Notes: generated by a model from the letters alone, not told the origin. A stretch of DNA of 64,000 nt from Planctomycetota bacterium (GCA_965223265.1 OZ244999.1:96001-160000); one strand, 5' to 3'; shown: positions 51,237 to 61,692, counted from the first letter of the stretch. Made by a program: numbers and translations.

Positions 51237-51342
51237 TAAAAAGCGGAAGTTTACCTTCTTATAAAGCGGAGCTGCTGGGCGCCACCCCGACCAGCAAGCC
51301 ACAAGGTGTTTTATGTGAGCCAGTTACGAATCCGGATTGGTG

Positions 51343-51358
51343 TGGCGCCACGTTTGCT
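51343..51358 (+). promoter_or_regulatory. Sigma-54 (-24/-12) promoter for the CBS-hsp20-groESL-ligase-ptsP cluster
   Basis: TGGCGCCACGTTTGCT: near-consensus TGGCRC-N5-TTGC. Confidence 0.75.
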
Positions 51359-51422
51359 AAACGTTCGCACGTCGACCTTCTGTCGAGTGACGGACAGTGC
51401 CGGAAAACTATGGTACTCAGCC

Positions 51423-51536
51423 ATGACAAAGACACCCGAGCAACCCAAGCCGGAGCCTGTACCGCCGCCGACCCAGGAGGACGGTGACGAGAAGCCGAGA
51501 CCCAGGCCCGGACCACGGCCTCGTCCCGCCGGTTGA
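51423..51536 (+). CDS. Small proline-rich peptide (37 aa)
   Basis: MTKTPEQPKPEPVPPPTQEDGDEKPRPRPGPRPRPAG. First ORF after the sigma-54 promoter; weak RBS. Confidence 0.35.
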   Translation: MTKTPEQPKPEPVPPPTQEDGDEKPRPRPGPRPRPAG

Positions 51537-51599
51537 TCGAAGAACTGAAACCTCGTCCATAGATGAGGCGATTGTAGGCAGGTCACAAGGAGGTAGCCG

Positions 51600-52076
51600 A
51601 TGAAAGTCGAGAGCGTAATGACGAAGGACCCACGCACGTGCTGTCGGACGGACACCCTGAACGTGGCAGCAAAGATCTTCTGGGAGCAAGATTGTGGGTG
51701 CGTGCCCGTGGTCGACCCAGAAGGCAGGGCGATCGGTGTGCTCACCGATCGTGACGTTTGCATCGCGGCCTACACTCAGGGCCGTCCACTGAGTGAGATC
51801 TCTGTGGAAACCGCCATGAGCCGCGAGCTCTTCGCGTGTGCCCCTGGCGACACGCTCGAGCAGGTCCAGGAGACTCTTCGAGATCGGCGAATTCGTCGGC
51901 TCCCTGTTGTCGACGACGATGGCCGGTTGGTCGGGATCGTGTCTCTCAACGACATCGCACGAGAAGCCAGCCGCCAGCGAGAAGGCCGCAAGAGGGATGT
52001 CAGCGAGCGGGAACTCGGAAGAACGCTGGCCGCTCTCTGTGAGAGTACGGGCCGCGAGCTCACGGCAGTCGCCTGA
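51600..52076 (+). CDS. CBS domain pair protein
   Basis: VESVMT, GCVPVVD..GVLTDRD, IRRLPVVD..LVGIVSLND. AAGGAGG RBS. Confidence 0.9.
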   Translation: MKVESVMTKDPRTCCRTDTLNVAAKIFWEQDCGCVPVVDPEGRAIGVLTDRDVCIAAYTQGRPLSEISVETAMSRELFACAPGDTLEQVQETLRDRRIRRLPVVDDDGRLVGIVSLNDIAREASRQREGRKRDVSERELGRTLAALCESTGRELTAVA

Positions 52077-52099
52077 GCATTTCGAAAGGAGTGTTACAG

Positions 52100-52537
52100 A
52101 TGGAACTTACCCGTTGGTCACCGTTTGGTCTAGCGTCGCTTCGACGCGAGATGGACGATCTCTTCGATGCTTTCTTGGGAAGGGCGCCGAACGCCCTTTC
52201 GAACGGAGGATGGACGCCTTGGTTGGACATGGCGGAGACTCCCGAAGAACTGGTGGTGAAGGCCGAGCTCCCGGGTATCAACGAGAAGGACATCTCGGTC
52301 ACCGTCTCTGGAGGTCAGCTCGTCATCAAGGGCGAAAGAAAGGCGGAAGAAGAAACAAAGGATAAACACATCCATCGCCTCGAGCGACGATTCGGTTCGT
52401 TCGAACGGGCAGTTCTTCTGCCCGTCGCGGTGGACGAAGACAAGACCGTCGCCGAGTACAAGAACGGCGTGCTCGAGGTTCGGCTTCCAAAAACGGTGAA
52501 GGAGCGCCCGAAGCAGGTCACGGTGAAGATCAAATAG
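52100..52537 (+). CDS. Hsp20/alpha-crystallin small heat-shock protein
   Basis: VKAELPGI, LVIKGERK, ERRFGSFER, AEYKNGVLEVRLPK. Confidence 0.92.
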   Translation: MELTRWSPFGLASLRREMDDLFDAFLGRAPNALSNGGWTPWLDMAETPEELVVKAELPGINEKDISVTVSGGQLVIKGERKAEEETKDKHIHRLERRFGSFERAVLLPVAVDEDKTVAEYKNGVLEVRLPKTVKERPKQVTVKIK

Positions 52538-52579
52538 CGTCGGGATCTCTGTGCCCGGTGCCTGGAGGTGATTTAACAA

Positions 52580-52879
52580 ATGGCCAAACACAAGATCCAG
52601 CCGCTTTACGATCGGCTTGTCGTCAGGCGCGTCGAAGCCGAGGAGAAGACCAAGGGGGGCATCGTCCTCCCCGACAAGGCGAAGGAGAAACCGAAAGAAG
52701 GTCAGGTCATCGCGATCGGGTCGGGAAGACTTCTTGACGACGGCAGGCGAGCGGAGATGCAAGTAAAGGTCAAGGACCGCGTTCTCTTCTCGAGCTACGC
52801 AGGCACTGAGATCAAGTTGGACGGCGAAGACTTCCTCATTCTCAAGGAGGACGATGTGCTCGCCGTTGTGGAGTCGTGA
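52580..52879 (+). CDS. groES: Co-chaperonin GroES
   Basis: [31 protein letters not shown]. Confidence 0.95.
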   Translation: MAKHKIQPLYDRLVVRRVEAEEKTKGGIVLPDKAKEKPKEGQVIAIGSGRLLDDGRRAEMQVKVKDRVLFSSYAGTEIKLDGEDFLILKEDDVLAVVES

Positions 52880-52925
52880 CATCAGAAGAAGTGAGCGCTC
52901 CATACCGTAGGAGCGAACCATAGCC

Positions 52926-54536
52926 ATGAGCGCAAAGAAGATCGTATACGACAACGACGCCCGCGAGGCTGTCCGTGCGGGAGTCAAGAAGCTCGCCCAT
53001 GCAGTGAGGGTCACGCTGGGACCACGTGGTAGGAACGTCGTACTCAACAAGAGCTTCGGGCCCCCGAAAGTCACGAAGGACGGTGTGACCGTCGCCAAGG
53101 AGATCGACCTGCCGGATCCCCACGAGAACATGGGTGCGCAAATGGTCAAGGAGGTCGCCAAGAAGACCGGCGACGCCGCAGGCGACGGGACGACGACCGC
53201 GACGATTCTCGCCGAGGCGATCTACGAGCAAGGCCTTCGAAACGTGGCCGCGGGCGCCAGTGCCATCTCGCTTCAACGAGGTATCGACAAAGCGGCCAAG
53301 GCAGTCGTCGAGCAACTCAAGAAGCGCTCAAAGAAGATCTCTACTCACGCTGAAATCGCGCAGGTCGCCACGGTTGCATGCAACCACGACACGGAAATCG
53401 GCGAGATCATTGCCGAGGCGATCGAGAAAGTCGGGAAGGATGGCGTCGTCACGATCGAGGAAGGAAAGAGCCTCGAGACCAACGTGGAATGGGTCGAAGG
53501 CATGCAGTTCGACAAGGGCTACCTCTCACCCTATTTCATCAATGCACAAGAGAAGATGACATGTGAGCTCGAGGAACCCTACATCTTGATCCACGAGAAG
53601 AAGGTGGCGTCGGTCAAAGACATGTTGCCCCTTCTCGAGAAGATTGCCCAGAGCGGCAAGCCCGTGTTGGTGATCGCGGAAGATGTCGAGGGAGAGGCGC
53701 TCGCGACTCTCGTCGTCAATCGACTCCGCGGTTCGTTCCAGAGCTGTGCGGTCAAGGCGCCTGGCTTTGGAGACCGCCGCAAGGCCATGCTCCAAGACAT
53801 CGCGATCTTGACGGGCGGACGGGCGATCTCGGAGGATCTCGGGATCGAGCTGAAAAGCCTCGAGCTCAAGGACCTCGGACGAGCCAAGAAGGTACTGGTG
53901 GAGAAGGACTCCTGCACCATCGTCGAGGGCCAGGGCGCTAAGTCGGAGATCAAGGCACGGATCGATCAGATCCGGACGGAGATCGGGAAGTCCACCTCCG
54001 ACTACGACAAAGAGAAGCTCCAAGAGCGACTTGGAAAACTCACGGGAGGGGTCGCGAAGATCAACGTCGGCGCGGCGACTGAAATCGAGATGAAGGAGAA
54101 GAAAGACCGCGTGGACGACGCTCTCCACGCCACCCGAGCAGCCCTCGAGGAGGGAATCGTCCCCGGCGGCGGGACAGCCTACCTGAGGTGCCTCGACGTG
54201 ATCGCGAAGCTGGAGGCGACCGGCGACGAAGCCGTGGGCGCTCAGATCGTTCTCCGCGCGCTTGAGGCTCCAGTACGCCAGATCGCCGTGAATGCTGGAA
54301 TGGACGGTGCTGTCGTCTGCGAGAAAGTCAAAAACTCGACTGGGAACGTGGGCTTTGACGCGGCCACGGGCGAGTACACCGATCTCGTCGACAGGGGAAT
54401 CGTCGACCCGACGAAAGTCTGCCGCATCGCACTCGAGAACGCGGCAAGCGTCGCTGGGCTGCTTCTCACCACGGAAGCGGTGATCTGCGAGAAACAGGAC
54501 GAAAGGAAGTCGGCCAAACACTCACACGACTATTGA
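52926..54536 (+). CDS. groEL: Chaperonin GroEL
   Basis: [43 protein letters not shown]. Ends in KHSHDY with no GGM tail. Confidence 0.96.
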   Translation: MSAKKIVYDNDAREAVRAGVKKLAHAVRVTLGPRGRNVVLNKSFGPPKVTKDGVTVAKEIDLPDPHENMGAQMVKEVAKKTGDAAGDGTTTATILAEAIYEQGLRNVAAGASAISLQRGIDKAAKAVVEQLKKRSKKISTHAEIAQVATVACNHDTEIGEIIAEAIEKVGKDGVVTIEEGKSLETNVEWVEGMQFDKGYLSPYFINAQEKMTCELEEPYILIHEKKVASVKDMLPLLEKIAQSGKPVLVIAEDVEGEALATLVVNRLRGSFQSCAVKAPGFGDRRKAMLQDIAILTGGRAISEDLGIELKSLELKDLGRAKKVLVEKDSCTIVEGQGAKSEIKARIDQIRTEIGKSTSDYDKEKLQERLGKLTGGVAKINVGAATEIEMKEKKDRVDDALHATRAALEEGIVPGGGTAYLRCLDVIAKLEATGDEAVGAQIVLRALEAPVRQIAVNAGMDGAVVCEKVKNSTGNVGFDAATGEYTDLVDRGIVDPTKVCRIALENAASVAGLLLTTEAVICEKQDERKSAKHSHDY

Positions 54537-54572
54537 ACGGGCTCCCCCAGGAGCAATGGAAGGAAATAACCG

Positions 54573-55151
54573 GTGCCGACTGAAGGTGTATTGACAACGT
54601 CTCAGTGGGGCCTGGCACTGGCCATATTCGCACTGCGAATCATCGACGTCTCTGTCGGAACGGTTCGTACACTTGCGGTTGTCCAAGGCAAAGTGAAGGC
54701 CTCGGTGATCTTGGGATTCTTCGAGGTTCTTGTCTGGCTGGTGGCGGTTTCCCACGTTCTCGGACAGGTAACCGCGAACCCTATCCTGATGTTCGTCTAC
54801 TGCGCCGGATTCGCCGGTGGCAACGCGGTAGGAATCGTTCTCGAGAAGAAGCTCGCCCTCGGCGGCGTCGTTCTCCGAGTGATCTCTACCGCAGATCGAG
54901 ACCAGATGCTTCGATGCCTGTACGAGCAGGCGGCACGCGTCACGACGTTCGAGGGGGCGGACAGCGGAACTCCGGTGACGCTGTTCTATGTCGTCTGCCG
55001 ACGTAGAATCCTGCGCGCTCTGCTTGACCAGGCTCGCCAACTTGACCCCGAGCTCTTCTTCGCAGTCGAACCTCTGAGGGAAAGCAGTCTGGAGCTGACT
55101 CAGCCTCTCCCCCGCGCTACCGGCTGGCGATCATTACGCAAGGCGAAGTGA
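54573..55151 (+). CDS. DUF2179/DUF5698 (UPF0316-like) membrane protein
   Basis: IFALRIIDVSVGTVRT, GFFEVLVW, YCAGFAGGNAVG, C-terminal soluble domain (VTTFEG...DPELFF). Confidence 0.8.
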   Translation: MPTEGVLTTSQWGLALAIFALRIIDVSVGTVRTLAVVQGKVKASVILGFFEVLVWLVAVSHVLGQVTANPILMFVYCAGFAGGNAVGIVLEKKLALGGVVLRVISTADRDQMLRCLYEQAARVTTFEGADSGTPVTLFYVVCRRRILRALLDQARQLDPELFFAVEPLRESSLELTQPLPRATGWRSLRKAK

Positions 55152-55158
55152 CGTAGAA

Positions 55159-57129
55159 ATGAAGAAGAACCTGGAGCGCGGTCGTGAAACCAAGCCATCA
55201 GCGAAAAACGGCGGACGGACGATAGGGCCGGTTTCGGACCTCGAGCGTCATTTGCCGTCCGATTGGTGGCGGACGCTCTTCAACTCCATCTACTTGAAAA
55301 CCGATGGAGATGTGATCGAGAACACTGCGAACACGAAACGCGAAGTGGATGCCGTGATTCGAGCGGCCGGACTCGAGGTGAACGACCGGATCCTGGACCT
55401 CTGCTGCGGTCAGGGAAGACACTGCCTGGAGCTCGCCCGGCGAGGCTTCGCGCATGTTACTGGCGTGGATCGATCGCGCTACCTCATTCAACTCGCTCGG
55501 AAACGTGCGAAAGACGAAGGCCTTTCGGTAGTTTTTCGCGAGCGTGACGCTCGGAAGCTCCGCCTGCGTGAGACGCCGTTTCACTGCGTTACCCTACTTG
55601 GAAACTCCTTCGGGTATTTCGATACAGAAGACGACGATCGACGGCTGCTCGAAAGCGTCAAGAACGCTCTTCATGGTGGCGGGATCCTGGTCCTCGACAT
55701 CGCCGACGGAGAGTGGCTCAGGACGCACTTCGCGCCGCGCTCGTGGGAGTGGATCGATCAGAACCACTTCGTCTGCCGTGAGCGATCTCTGGCAGCCGAC
55801 GGGACACGCCTGATCTCGCGGGAGGTCGTCGTGCACGCCGAACGTGGCGTGATCGCAGACCAGTTCTACGCGGAGCGACTCTATCCCAAGGAACGGCTCA
55901 ACGGGCTTCTGGAGTCCGTGGGTTTCGCGGATCTGCGTGATCATGGCTTTCTCTTTCCCCAATCGGAGCGTAACCAAGATCTCGGGATGATGGCGCAGCG
56001 CTACCTGCTCACGGCACAGGCGCCGCGGATCGTTCAGACGTCAACGAGAGCGGGTCCTCGCTACACTGAAGTTGCAGTACTTCTCGGTGATCCTCGGCTT
56101 CCGGACCGCGTCAAGCGTGAGGGACAATTCAATGAGGAAGACTTCGAGACGCTCCGCAAGCTGAAGGATGCCCTCGGTGAACTCGACGAGTACAGATTCG
56201 AGTACCTGGACAATCATGCGTCTCTGATCACCCAGTTGCGCGGCTGTCGACCAGAGTTTGTCTTCAACCTCTGTGACGAGGGTTTCGACAACGACGCCTT
56301 CAAGGAACTCCACGTTCCTGCCGTACTCGAAATGCTCGACATTCCCTATAGCGGTGCCGGCCCCGCTTGTCTCGCCATCTGCTACGACAAGTCACTTGTT
56401 CGCGCGTTTGCCGAGTCGCTGGACATCCCTGTGCCGCTCGAGTCGTACTACAACGTGGATGACCACGCGGCGACCTTGCCTTCCGTATTTCCCGCGTTGG
56501 TCAAGCCCAACTACGGCGACTCGAGCATCGGGATTACGAAGGACGCGGTCGTGAGGTCTCCGGAGCAGCTCGTGGCTTACCTCGAGAAACTGCAGGACGA
56601 GCTCCCGAGCCGCTCGATCCTCATTCAGGAGTTTCTTAGCGGACCAGAGTACAGTGTAGCAGTCATCGGCAACCCGGGGAACGAGCTGACGATCCTTCCA
56701 CCGCTCGAGGTCGATTACAGCGGATTGTCCAGCGGGCTGCCGGCGATTCTCGGATACGAATCGAAGTGGATGCCGGAGTCTCCGTACTGGAGCGAGATCC
56801 GTTACCACGAGGCGCGGATCGACGAGGACGCTCGACGCCAGCTTGGCGACTACTCCCTGCGCCTTTTTGAGCGACTGGGCTGTCGGGACTACGCTCGTTT
56901 CGATTTTCGTGCCGACTCCGCTGGCGTGATCAAACTTCTTGAGGTGAACCCGAACCCCGGCTGGTGCTGGGACGGCAAGCTGAACTTCATGGCGGGCTAC
57001 GCGGGGATGCGATACTCGGAATTGCTCCGAGGCGTGCTCGAAGCGGCTCAGGAGCGGATCGCCAATGGAGCGCCTCGGCGGGAAGTCCCTTGTCAAGGCA
57101 TCCCACTCACGGCCACCAGCTGCGAGTGA
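55159..57129 (+). CDS. Fusion of class I SAM methyltransferase and D-Ala-D-Ala-ligase-like ATP-grasp domain
   Basis: ILDLCCGQGRH, GNSFGYF; then VFNLCDEG, IPYSG, LVKPNYGDSSIGI, IQEFLSGPEY, DYARFDFR, LEVNPNPG. Confidence 0.88.
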   Translation: MKKNLERGRETKPSAKNGGRTIGPVSDLERHLPSDWWRTLFNSIYLKTDGDVIENTANTKREVDAVIRAAGLEVNDRILDLCCGQGRHCLELARRGFAHVTGVDRSRYLIQLARKRAKDEGLSVVFRERDARKLRLRETPFHCVTLLGNSFGYFDTEDDDRRLLESVKNALHGGGILVLDIADGEWLRTHFAPRSWEWIDQNHFVCRERSLAADGTRLISREVVVHAERGVIADQFYAERLYPKERLNGLLESVGFADLRDHGFLFPQSERNQDLGMMAQRYLLTAQAPRIVQTSTRAGPRYTEVAVLLGDPRLPDRVKREGQFNEEDFETLRKLKDALGELDEYRFEYLDNHASLITQLRGCRPEFVFNLCDEGFDNDAFKELHVPAVLEMLDIPYSGAGPACLAICYDKSLVRAFAESLDIPVPLESYYNVDDHAATLPSVFPALVKPNYGDSSIGITKDAVVRSPEQLVAYLEKLQDELPSRSILIQEFLSGPEYSVAVIGNPGNELTILPPLEVDYSGLSSGLPAILGYESKWMPESPYWSEIRYHEARIDEDARRQLGDYSLRLFERLGCRDYARFDFRADSAGVIKLLEVNPNPGWCWDGKLNFMAGYAGMRYSELLRGVLEAAQERIANGAPRREVPCQGIPLTATSCE

Positions 57130-57136
57130 GTGTCAG

Positions 57137-59473
57137 GTGAAAACGCGTCGCACGACGAACATCCCGCACGCGCTTTCGGAGATTCTGACGAGCACGACGT
57201 CGCTCGCGCAGATTCTCGAGGCAACGGTAGGTATCGTGGCGGAGCAACTTCGCGCCGACGTGTGCTCGATCTATCTTTTGGACCTCTTCAGTGGCCGACT
57301 TCGCCTGGTCGCCTCCAGAGGTTTCAAGGAGGGGGCCCTCGGTCGAGTCTCCCTGGGACCCGACGAAGGCATCACGGGCACTGTCGTCTCCACAATGTCC
57401 TCGATCGCTTCCGAGGACGCCAAGGAGCATCCCTCCTACCGTTACTTTCCGGCCACCGGAGAGGAGGAGTTCTCCGCCTACCTCGGGGCTCCATTGAGCG
57501 TGGGAAGGCGACCCGTCGGAGCGATTGTGCTGAGGAACCGGGAGCGGCGAAGCTACACCGAGTACCAGAAGAAGACGCTTCAGACGGTAGCGGCGCAGTT
57601 GGTCGGAGTCATCGAAAACGCACGACTCGTCGAGGCGCTCGATCAGCCCGATGGCGGGAGAGCCTACTTTGAGGAGCTGCACAAGTGGAACCGCGGTCTT
57701 CGCGAGTATCGCCCGACTCAGGATGGGCACGGGGAGGTGATTCTACGCGGAACCGCTGGTTCCCATGGAGTGGCCATCGGAAAGGCTGTCGTGCGGGGAT
57801 CATCGGATCCCACCTCCGAGCTCCACATGTCACCCGAATCTGCTGAAGAGGAACGACAACGCCTCGGGGTTGCGATTGAAAGAACTGGCAGTGACCTCGC
57901 TCACATCCATGCTGCAGCCGAACGTGAAACCGGCGAAGAGCACGCGCTTATCTTCTCTGCGCATCTCCTTATCTTGAGTGATCCCACGCTGCGAGGACGA
58001 ATCGAGGCCTTGATCGACGACGGGCTGTCTGCCACGCAGGCAGCGCACCGAGTGTTTGCCGACGTCGAGGCGCAACTGCGTGGTCTCGGAGACCCCTATC
58101 TCAAGGAGCGGGCTGAGGACATCCTCGATCTGCGTGCGAGGCTTTTGGGACATCTGACCGACCCGGCGACGAGGACTCAGGATTTGAGCGACCGGATCGT
58201 CGCTGCGGAGCGGCTTTCGCCTTCGATGATCATTGAACTCCGCGCCGAGGGAGTGCTCGGAGTTGCGACCGAACGCGGTGGAGACACCTCGCACGGGGCG
58301 CTCCTGGCTCGCGCCATGGGAGTGCCGGCCGTCACGGCCGTTCCTGAGTTGATGCGGAACGTTCTTCCCGGAGACGATCTCATTCTCGATGGCTCCACCG
58401 GCACTGTGATTGTAAGGCCGCAGCCGGAGACGTTGAGCAAGTATCAGGAGAAAGCACGGCGGTGCGTCGCGTCGGCTGAAAGGCTCGCAGGCATTTCGCA
58501 GAGTCCGGCCCAATCACTCGACGGCCGCAGCGTGAAGTTACTTGCAAACGTAGGGTTGGCCGCAGAAATCGACGAAGTAGCCGGGCGAGGCGCCCAAGGG
58601 ATCGGACTCTATCGGACCGAGTTCCTCTTCCTGGGACGGACCGACCACCCGACCTCGGAAGAGCAGACTCGCGTCTACCGTGCCGCCTGTGATTGCGTGC
58701 CCGACGGTCCGATCTACTTTCGTCTCCTCGACGTCGGAGGGGATAAGTGGTACGCCCGGTTGACGTTAGCAGGAGAGGCGAACCCTGCGCTCGGCTACCG
58801 ATCGGTTCGACTGCTGCTTGACGCGCCATGCGTCTTCAAGGAGCAGGTAGAAGCCGTCCTTAGAGCCGCTGGGGAACGCGAGGTCGGGATCATCGTCCCC
58901 CTCGTTACGGACCTCGAAGAGGCTCGTAGGGCGAAGACCCTCATTCGCGAGGTACACGATTATCTCTCTGAGTCCGAAGCGGACCCCGTAACTATGCCGC
59001 GAATCGGCATCATGATCGAAGTGCCGGCGGCGGCCGAGATCGCTTCGCACCTGGCAGAGGAGGCCGACTTCTTGTCGCTGGGAACGAACGACCTCGTCCA
59101 GTTTACACTCGCCGCGGACCGGGAGAACGCTCGAGTGGCGCACCGTGGTACTCCCTTCCATCCTGGCGTTCTGAGCTTGGTCCGCCGGACGATCGACGCC
59201 GGACGATCCGTTGGGAAGCCAGTCGGGTGTTGCGGCGAGCTGGCCGCGGTTCCCGAACTTGCGATCTTGCTTCTCGCCATGGGCGTCGACTACCTGAGTC
59301 TCGCTCCAGTGTCGATCCCCAGAGTCAAGCTGGCTATTCAGCACAACGACATCGGAAAGCTCGAAGCCCGCCTGGATGAGATATTGGCGCTGCCCGAGGC
59401 GTCACTCGTGGAGAACATGCTACGTGAGGCGGTGGTCAAGCCGAGATGGAAGGAGGGCCGTCGCCTGGAGTGA
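57137..59473 (+). CDS. ptsP: GAF-domain phosphoenolpyruvate-protein phosphotransferase (Enzyme I-Ntr-like)
   Basis: N-terminal GAF (ADVCSIYL...HPSYRYFPATGEEEF). Phospho-His TSHGA, GIGLYRTEFLF, EANPALGYRS, MIEVP, GTNDLVQF, CGELA. Confidence 0.9.
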   Translation: MKTRRTTNIPHALSEILTSTTSLAQILEATVGIVAEQLRADVCSIYLLDLFSGRLRLVASRGFKEGALGRVSLGPDEGITGTVVSTMSSIASEDAKEHPSYRYFPATGEEEFSAYLGAPLSVGRRPVGAIVLRNRERRSYTEYQKKTLQTVAAQLVGVIENARLVEALDQPDGGRAYFEELHKWNRGLREYRPTQDGHGEVILRGTAGSHGVAIGKAVVRGSSDPTSELHMSPESAEEERQRLGVAIERTGSDLAHIHAAAERETGEEHALIFSAHLLILSDPTLRGRIEALIDDGLSATQAAHRVFADVEAQLRGLGDPYLKERAEDILDLRARLLGHLTDPATRTQDLSDRIVAAERLSPSMIIELRAEGVLGVATERGGDTSHGALLARAMGVPAVTAVPELMRNVLPGDDLILDGSTGTVIVRPQPETLSKYQEKARRCVASAERLAGISQSPAQSLDGRSVKLLANVGLAAEIDEVAGRGAQGIGLYRTEFLFLGRTDHPTSEEQTRVYRAACDCVPDGPIYFRLLDVGGDKWYARLTLAGEANPALGYRSVRLLLDAPCVFKEQVEAVLRAAGEREVGIIVPLVTDLEEARRAKTLIREVHDYLSESEADPVTMPRIGIMIEVPAAAEIASHLAEEADFLSLGTNDLVQFTLAADRENARVAHRGTPFHPGVLSLVRRTIDAGRSVGKPVGCCGELAAVPELAILLLAMGVDYLSLAPVSIPRVKLAIQHNDIGKLEARLDEILALPEASLVENMLREAVVKPRWKEGRRLE

Positions 59474-59568
59474 CTCCCTATTCGGTGTGGAACTCCCGAA
59501 CTCCATTTAACGGCCTCCGTCGGCCTCCGTGAAGCGAGTTCTCTATGAGGAGGAAGTTTGGGGGTCAG

Positions 59569-61086
59569 TCATTCTTCACTCGTCCTCATCCTCTCCTCGT
59601 CTTCCATATCTACAGCTTCAGCAGCAAGCGTGACGAGGTCATCGCCGCTGAGTTCGTGCTCCGTAGAACGTTGGGTTCTGCGGAAGCGAAAGCCACGATA
59701 CAGACCGACCGGAAAGCGTAGCACTCGTAGCGGGGTGGCGCCAATGAGTTGCGTCATGACGTGGGGCGTCCCGTGCGCCTCTGGTTCCTGAATCCGCAAC
59801 GCGTAGACCACGCTGATCAACCGCAAGGCGAGGCTGGTAGCGAAGAGAAGCTCGAAGTTTCCAACCGTGGCCGTTCCGAGTTGCACCTGCCAGGAAGCGG
59901 TGGCTACGAGCGCCGCTCCCGCCAGAATCGAGGCAACTCCGCCGACCATGCCTGCCAGGGCGGTTCCGGCGGCGATGTACATCGTGCGGTTTACTGAAGG
60001 AGATTTCTTCAACATAAATCCATTCGAGGCAATGGCAATGCCCGCGTTGAGCCCAGAGTCGACAAGAAAGACGAGAGCGAGCAAACAGAAGGCGAATTCA
60101 AGATTCGAGGGGAGAAAGAGCAACGCGATCATGTTTGTCGACTTGAGTGAGGTACAGAGAACCAGGACGGGACGATTGCCGTACTTTTCGGCCGCTCGTC
60201 CGAGAGGGACTGCAACCAGTGCGCCGCCGGCCCAGCAGAACGTCCATAGCAACAGTAGGTGGAAGAGACTCAGACCGACCTCGGACAAGAGGTACAAACT
60301 GATGAACGGTGCTCCGATCATCGCAGCGAAGTTCCAGAAACACGCGTACGAGATGAACGTGCGAAAGCCGGACTCTTTGAACGGAGCGCTGAACACACGT
60401 ATCAAGCTTGGCTCTGGTACGGGCTGAACCGTTGGCTCCTCGATTTTGAGGAAAAAGAGGAGGTCTCCGACACCGAAGATCGCACCGACCCCGATCAGAA
60501 CGGCAAAGGCTGTGTGAGTATCGACTCCACTCTTGTGGACGAAAAACGCGCCTGCCAAGAGAGACAGCGCCCCCGCCCACTGCATCCACCGCTGTCGTAC
60601 TCCCCAGTAACTATTGAGTCCTGCGTGAGGAAGGTAATCCCCCATCCAGGAGAGCCAGAGCGGGGAGCCGAAGTGGAGAAGAGCATGGTTTACCGCAGTG
60701 GTGGCGACGAGCAACAACAACCAGGTCGCGTGTACCACGTCCGGGAACAAGAGCGGTCCAAGAGCGGCCGGCACGAGAATCAACCGCTGTACGATTGACA
60801 CGGCCAACCAGAGGGGACGACGGTACCGTAGGTGGTTGGCGACAACCGCGGCGACGAACTGCATGAACACCATTGCCGTGGGCAGAGCGCCAAGGAGGCC
60901 GATGTGGAAGGCGCTGGCATCCAGGGAACGGGCGAATTCTATGGTGGCCGGCGACATCGTCAGCTGTGTGTAAACCATCGACATGCAGCCGGCGATAATG
61001 ATGGCCCGTTTCGCAGTAGGAAGTGACCACATGATGGCACGTTCTCTCCAGGCAACCCTGCTCTTTGGCAATCCCAGGCGGAGCAT
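59569..61086 (-). CDS. MFS transporter
   Basis: About 12 hydrophobic helices, WLSWMGDYLP, GRAAEKYGNRPVL loop motif. True start may be 61032. Confidence 0.85.
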   Translation of the reverse strand: MLRLGLPKSRVAWRERAIMWSLPTAKRAIIIAGCMSMVYTQLTMSPATIEFARSLDASAFHIGLLGALPTAMVFMQFVAAVVANHLRYRRPLWLAVSIVQRLILVPAALGPLLFPDVVHATWLLLLVATTAVNHALLHFGSPLWLSWMGDYLPHAGLNSYWGVRQRWMQWAGALSLLAGAFFVHKSGVDTHTAFAVLIGVGAIFGVGDLLFFLKIEEPTVQPVPEPSLIRVFSAPFKESGFRTFISYACFWNFAAMIGAPFISLYLLSEVGLSLFHLLLLWTFCWAGGALVAVPLGRAAEKYGNRPVLVLCTSLKSTNMIALLFLPSNLEFAFCLLALVFLVDSGLNAGIAIASNGFMLKKSPSVNRTMYIAAGTALAGMVGGVASILAGAALVATASWQVQLGTATVGNFELLFATSLALRLISVVYALRIQEPEAHGTPHVMTQLIGATPLRVLRFPVGLYRGFRFRRTQRSTEHELSGDDLVTLAAEAVDMEDEERMRTSEE

Positions 61087-61295
61087 AGAATACGTCCCGC
61101 CGCTTCGAGCGGCCAGTCTTTCGTTTCATCGGGTATTCCGGGGTTCTTGATGAGATGAGGGCCTCGATCTCCGTCCCCACCGCCCAGTGGATTTGTGCCG
61201 AAGGCTCAGAGACAATTGGAAGGTGTCAGTGCGCGTGCGGTCGCTCACGTGGCTGGACGTGCCCACGAGAAGGAGTGGTAGTCGACAGATTCTAA

Positions 61296-61665
61296 ATGAA
61301 CACTGAGCAAGAAGATCTCAACCGGTTTCATATCGCTCGGCAGCAGTTGGATCGCGCCGTCCAGTTCCTTCCGGACTTCAAGAAAGGACTGATCGATTTC
61401 CTGAAGTCGCCGGCGCGCAGTATCACTCTCTGCTTTCCCGTCGAGATGGACGACGGATTCGGTGCAGACCTTTACGGGGTATCGCGTCCTTCACAGCCGG
61501 ATCCGTGGACCGGGAAAAGGAGGCATCCGGTATCACCCTGACGTCAGCGCGGACGAAGTGCGCGCTCTGGCGAGTTGGATGACGTGGAAATGTGCGCTCG
61601 TCGACGTTCCGTTCGGTGGTGCAAAGGGCGGTGTTGTCCGTGACCCGAAGGAGCTCAGCGAGACG
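61296..61665 (+). pseudogene. Glu/Leu/Phe/Val dehydrogenase (GdhA-like) 5' fragment, frameshifted and truncated
   Basis: FPVEMDDG, then a one-base insertion near 61458, then [23 protein letters not shown]...[23 protein letters not shown]. Homology ends near 61665. Confidence 0.85.
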
Positions 61666-61692
61666 TCGAGATCCACGCCCGACCGGTTGCTC

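Noticed and set aside
51423-51536. Graspetide (microviridin-type) precursor
   Set aside because: No TxKYPSD-like core or PFFARFL leader, and the ligase is Ddl-like rather than RimK/MvdD-like. Kept only as a low-confidence small ORF.
52130-54521. Long minus-strand ORFs over hsp20/groES/groEL
   Set aside because: Well-known type of antisense open frame opposite chaperonin genes.
55159-57129. Housekeeping ddl or vancomycin-resistance ligase
   Set aside because: Fused to a methyltransferase, lacks the usual N-terminal GG.S.E motif, and has no mur or van neighbours.
61183-61201. Fourth sigma-54 promoter for the MFS gene (minus strand CGGCACAAATCCACT)
   Set aside because: The -24 element is present but the -12 GC is missing.
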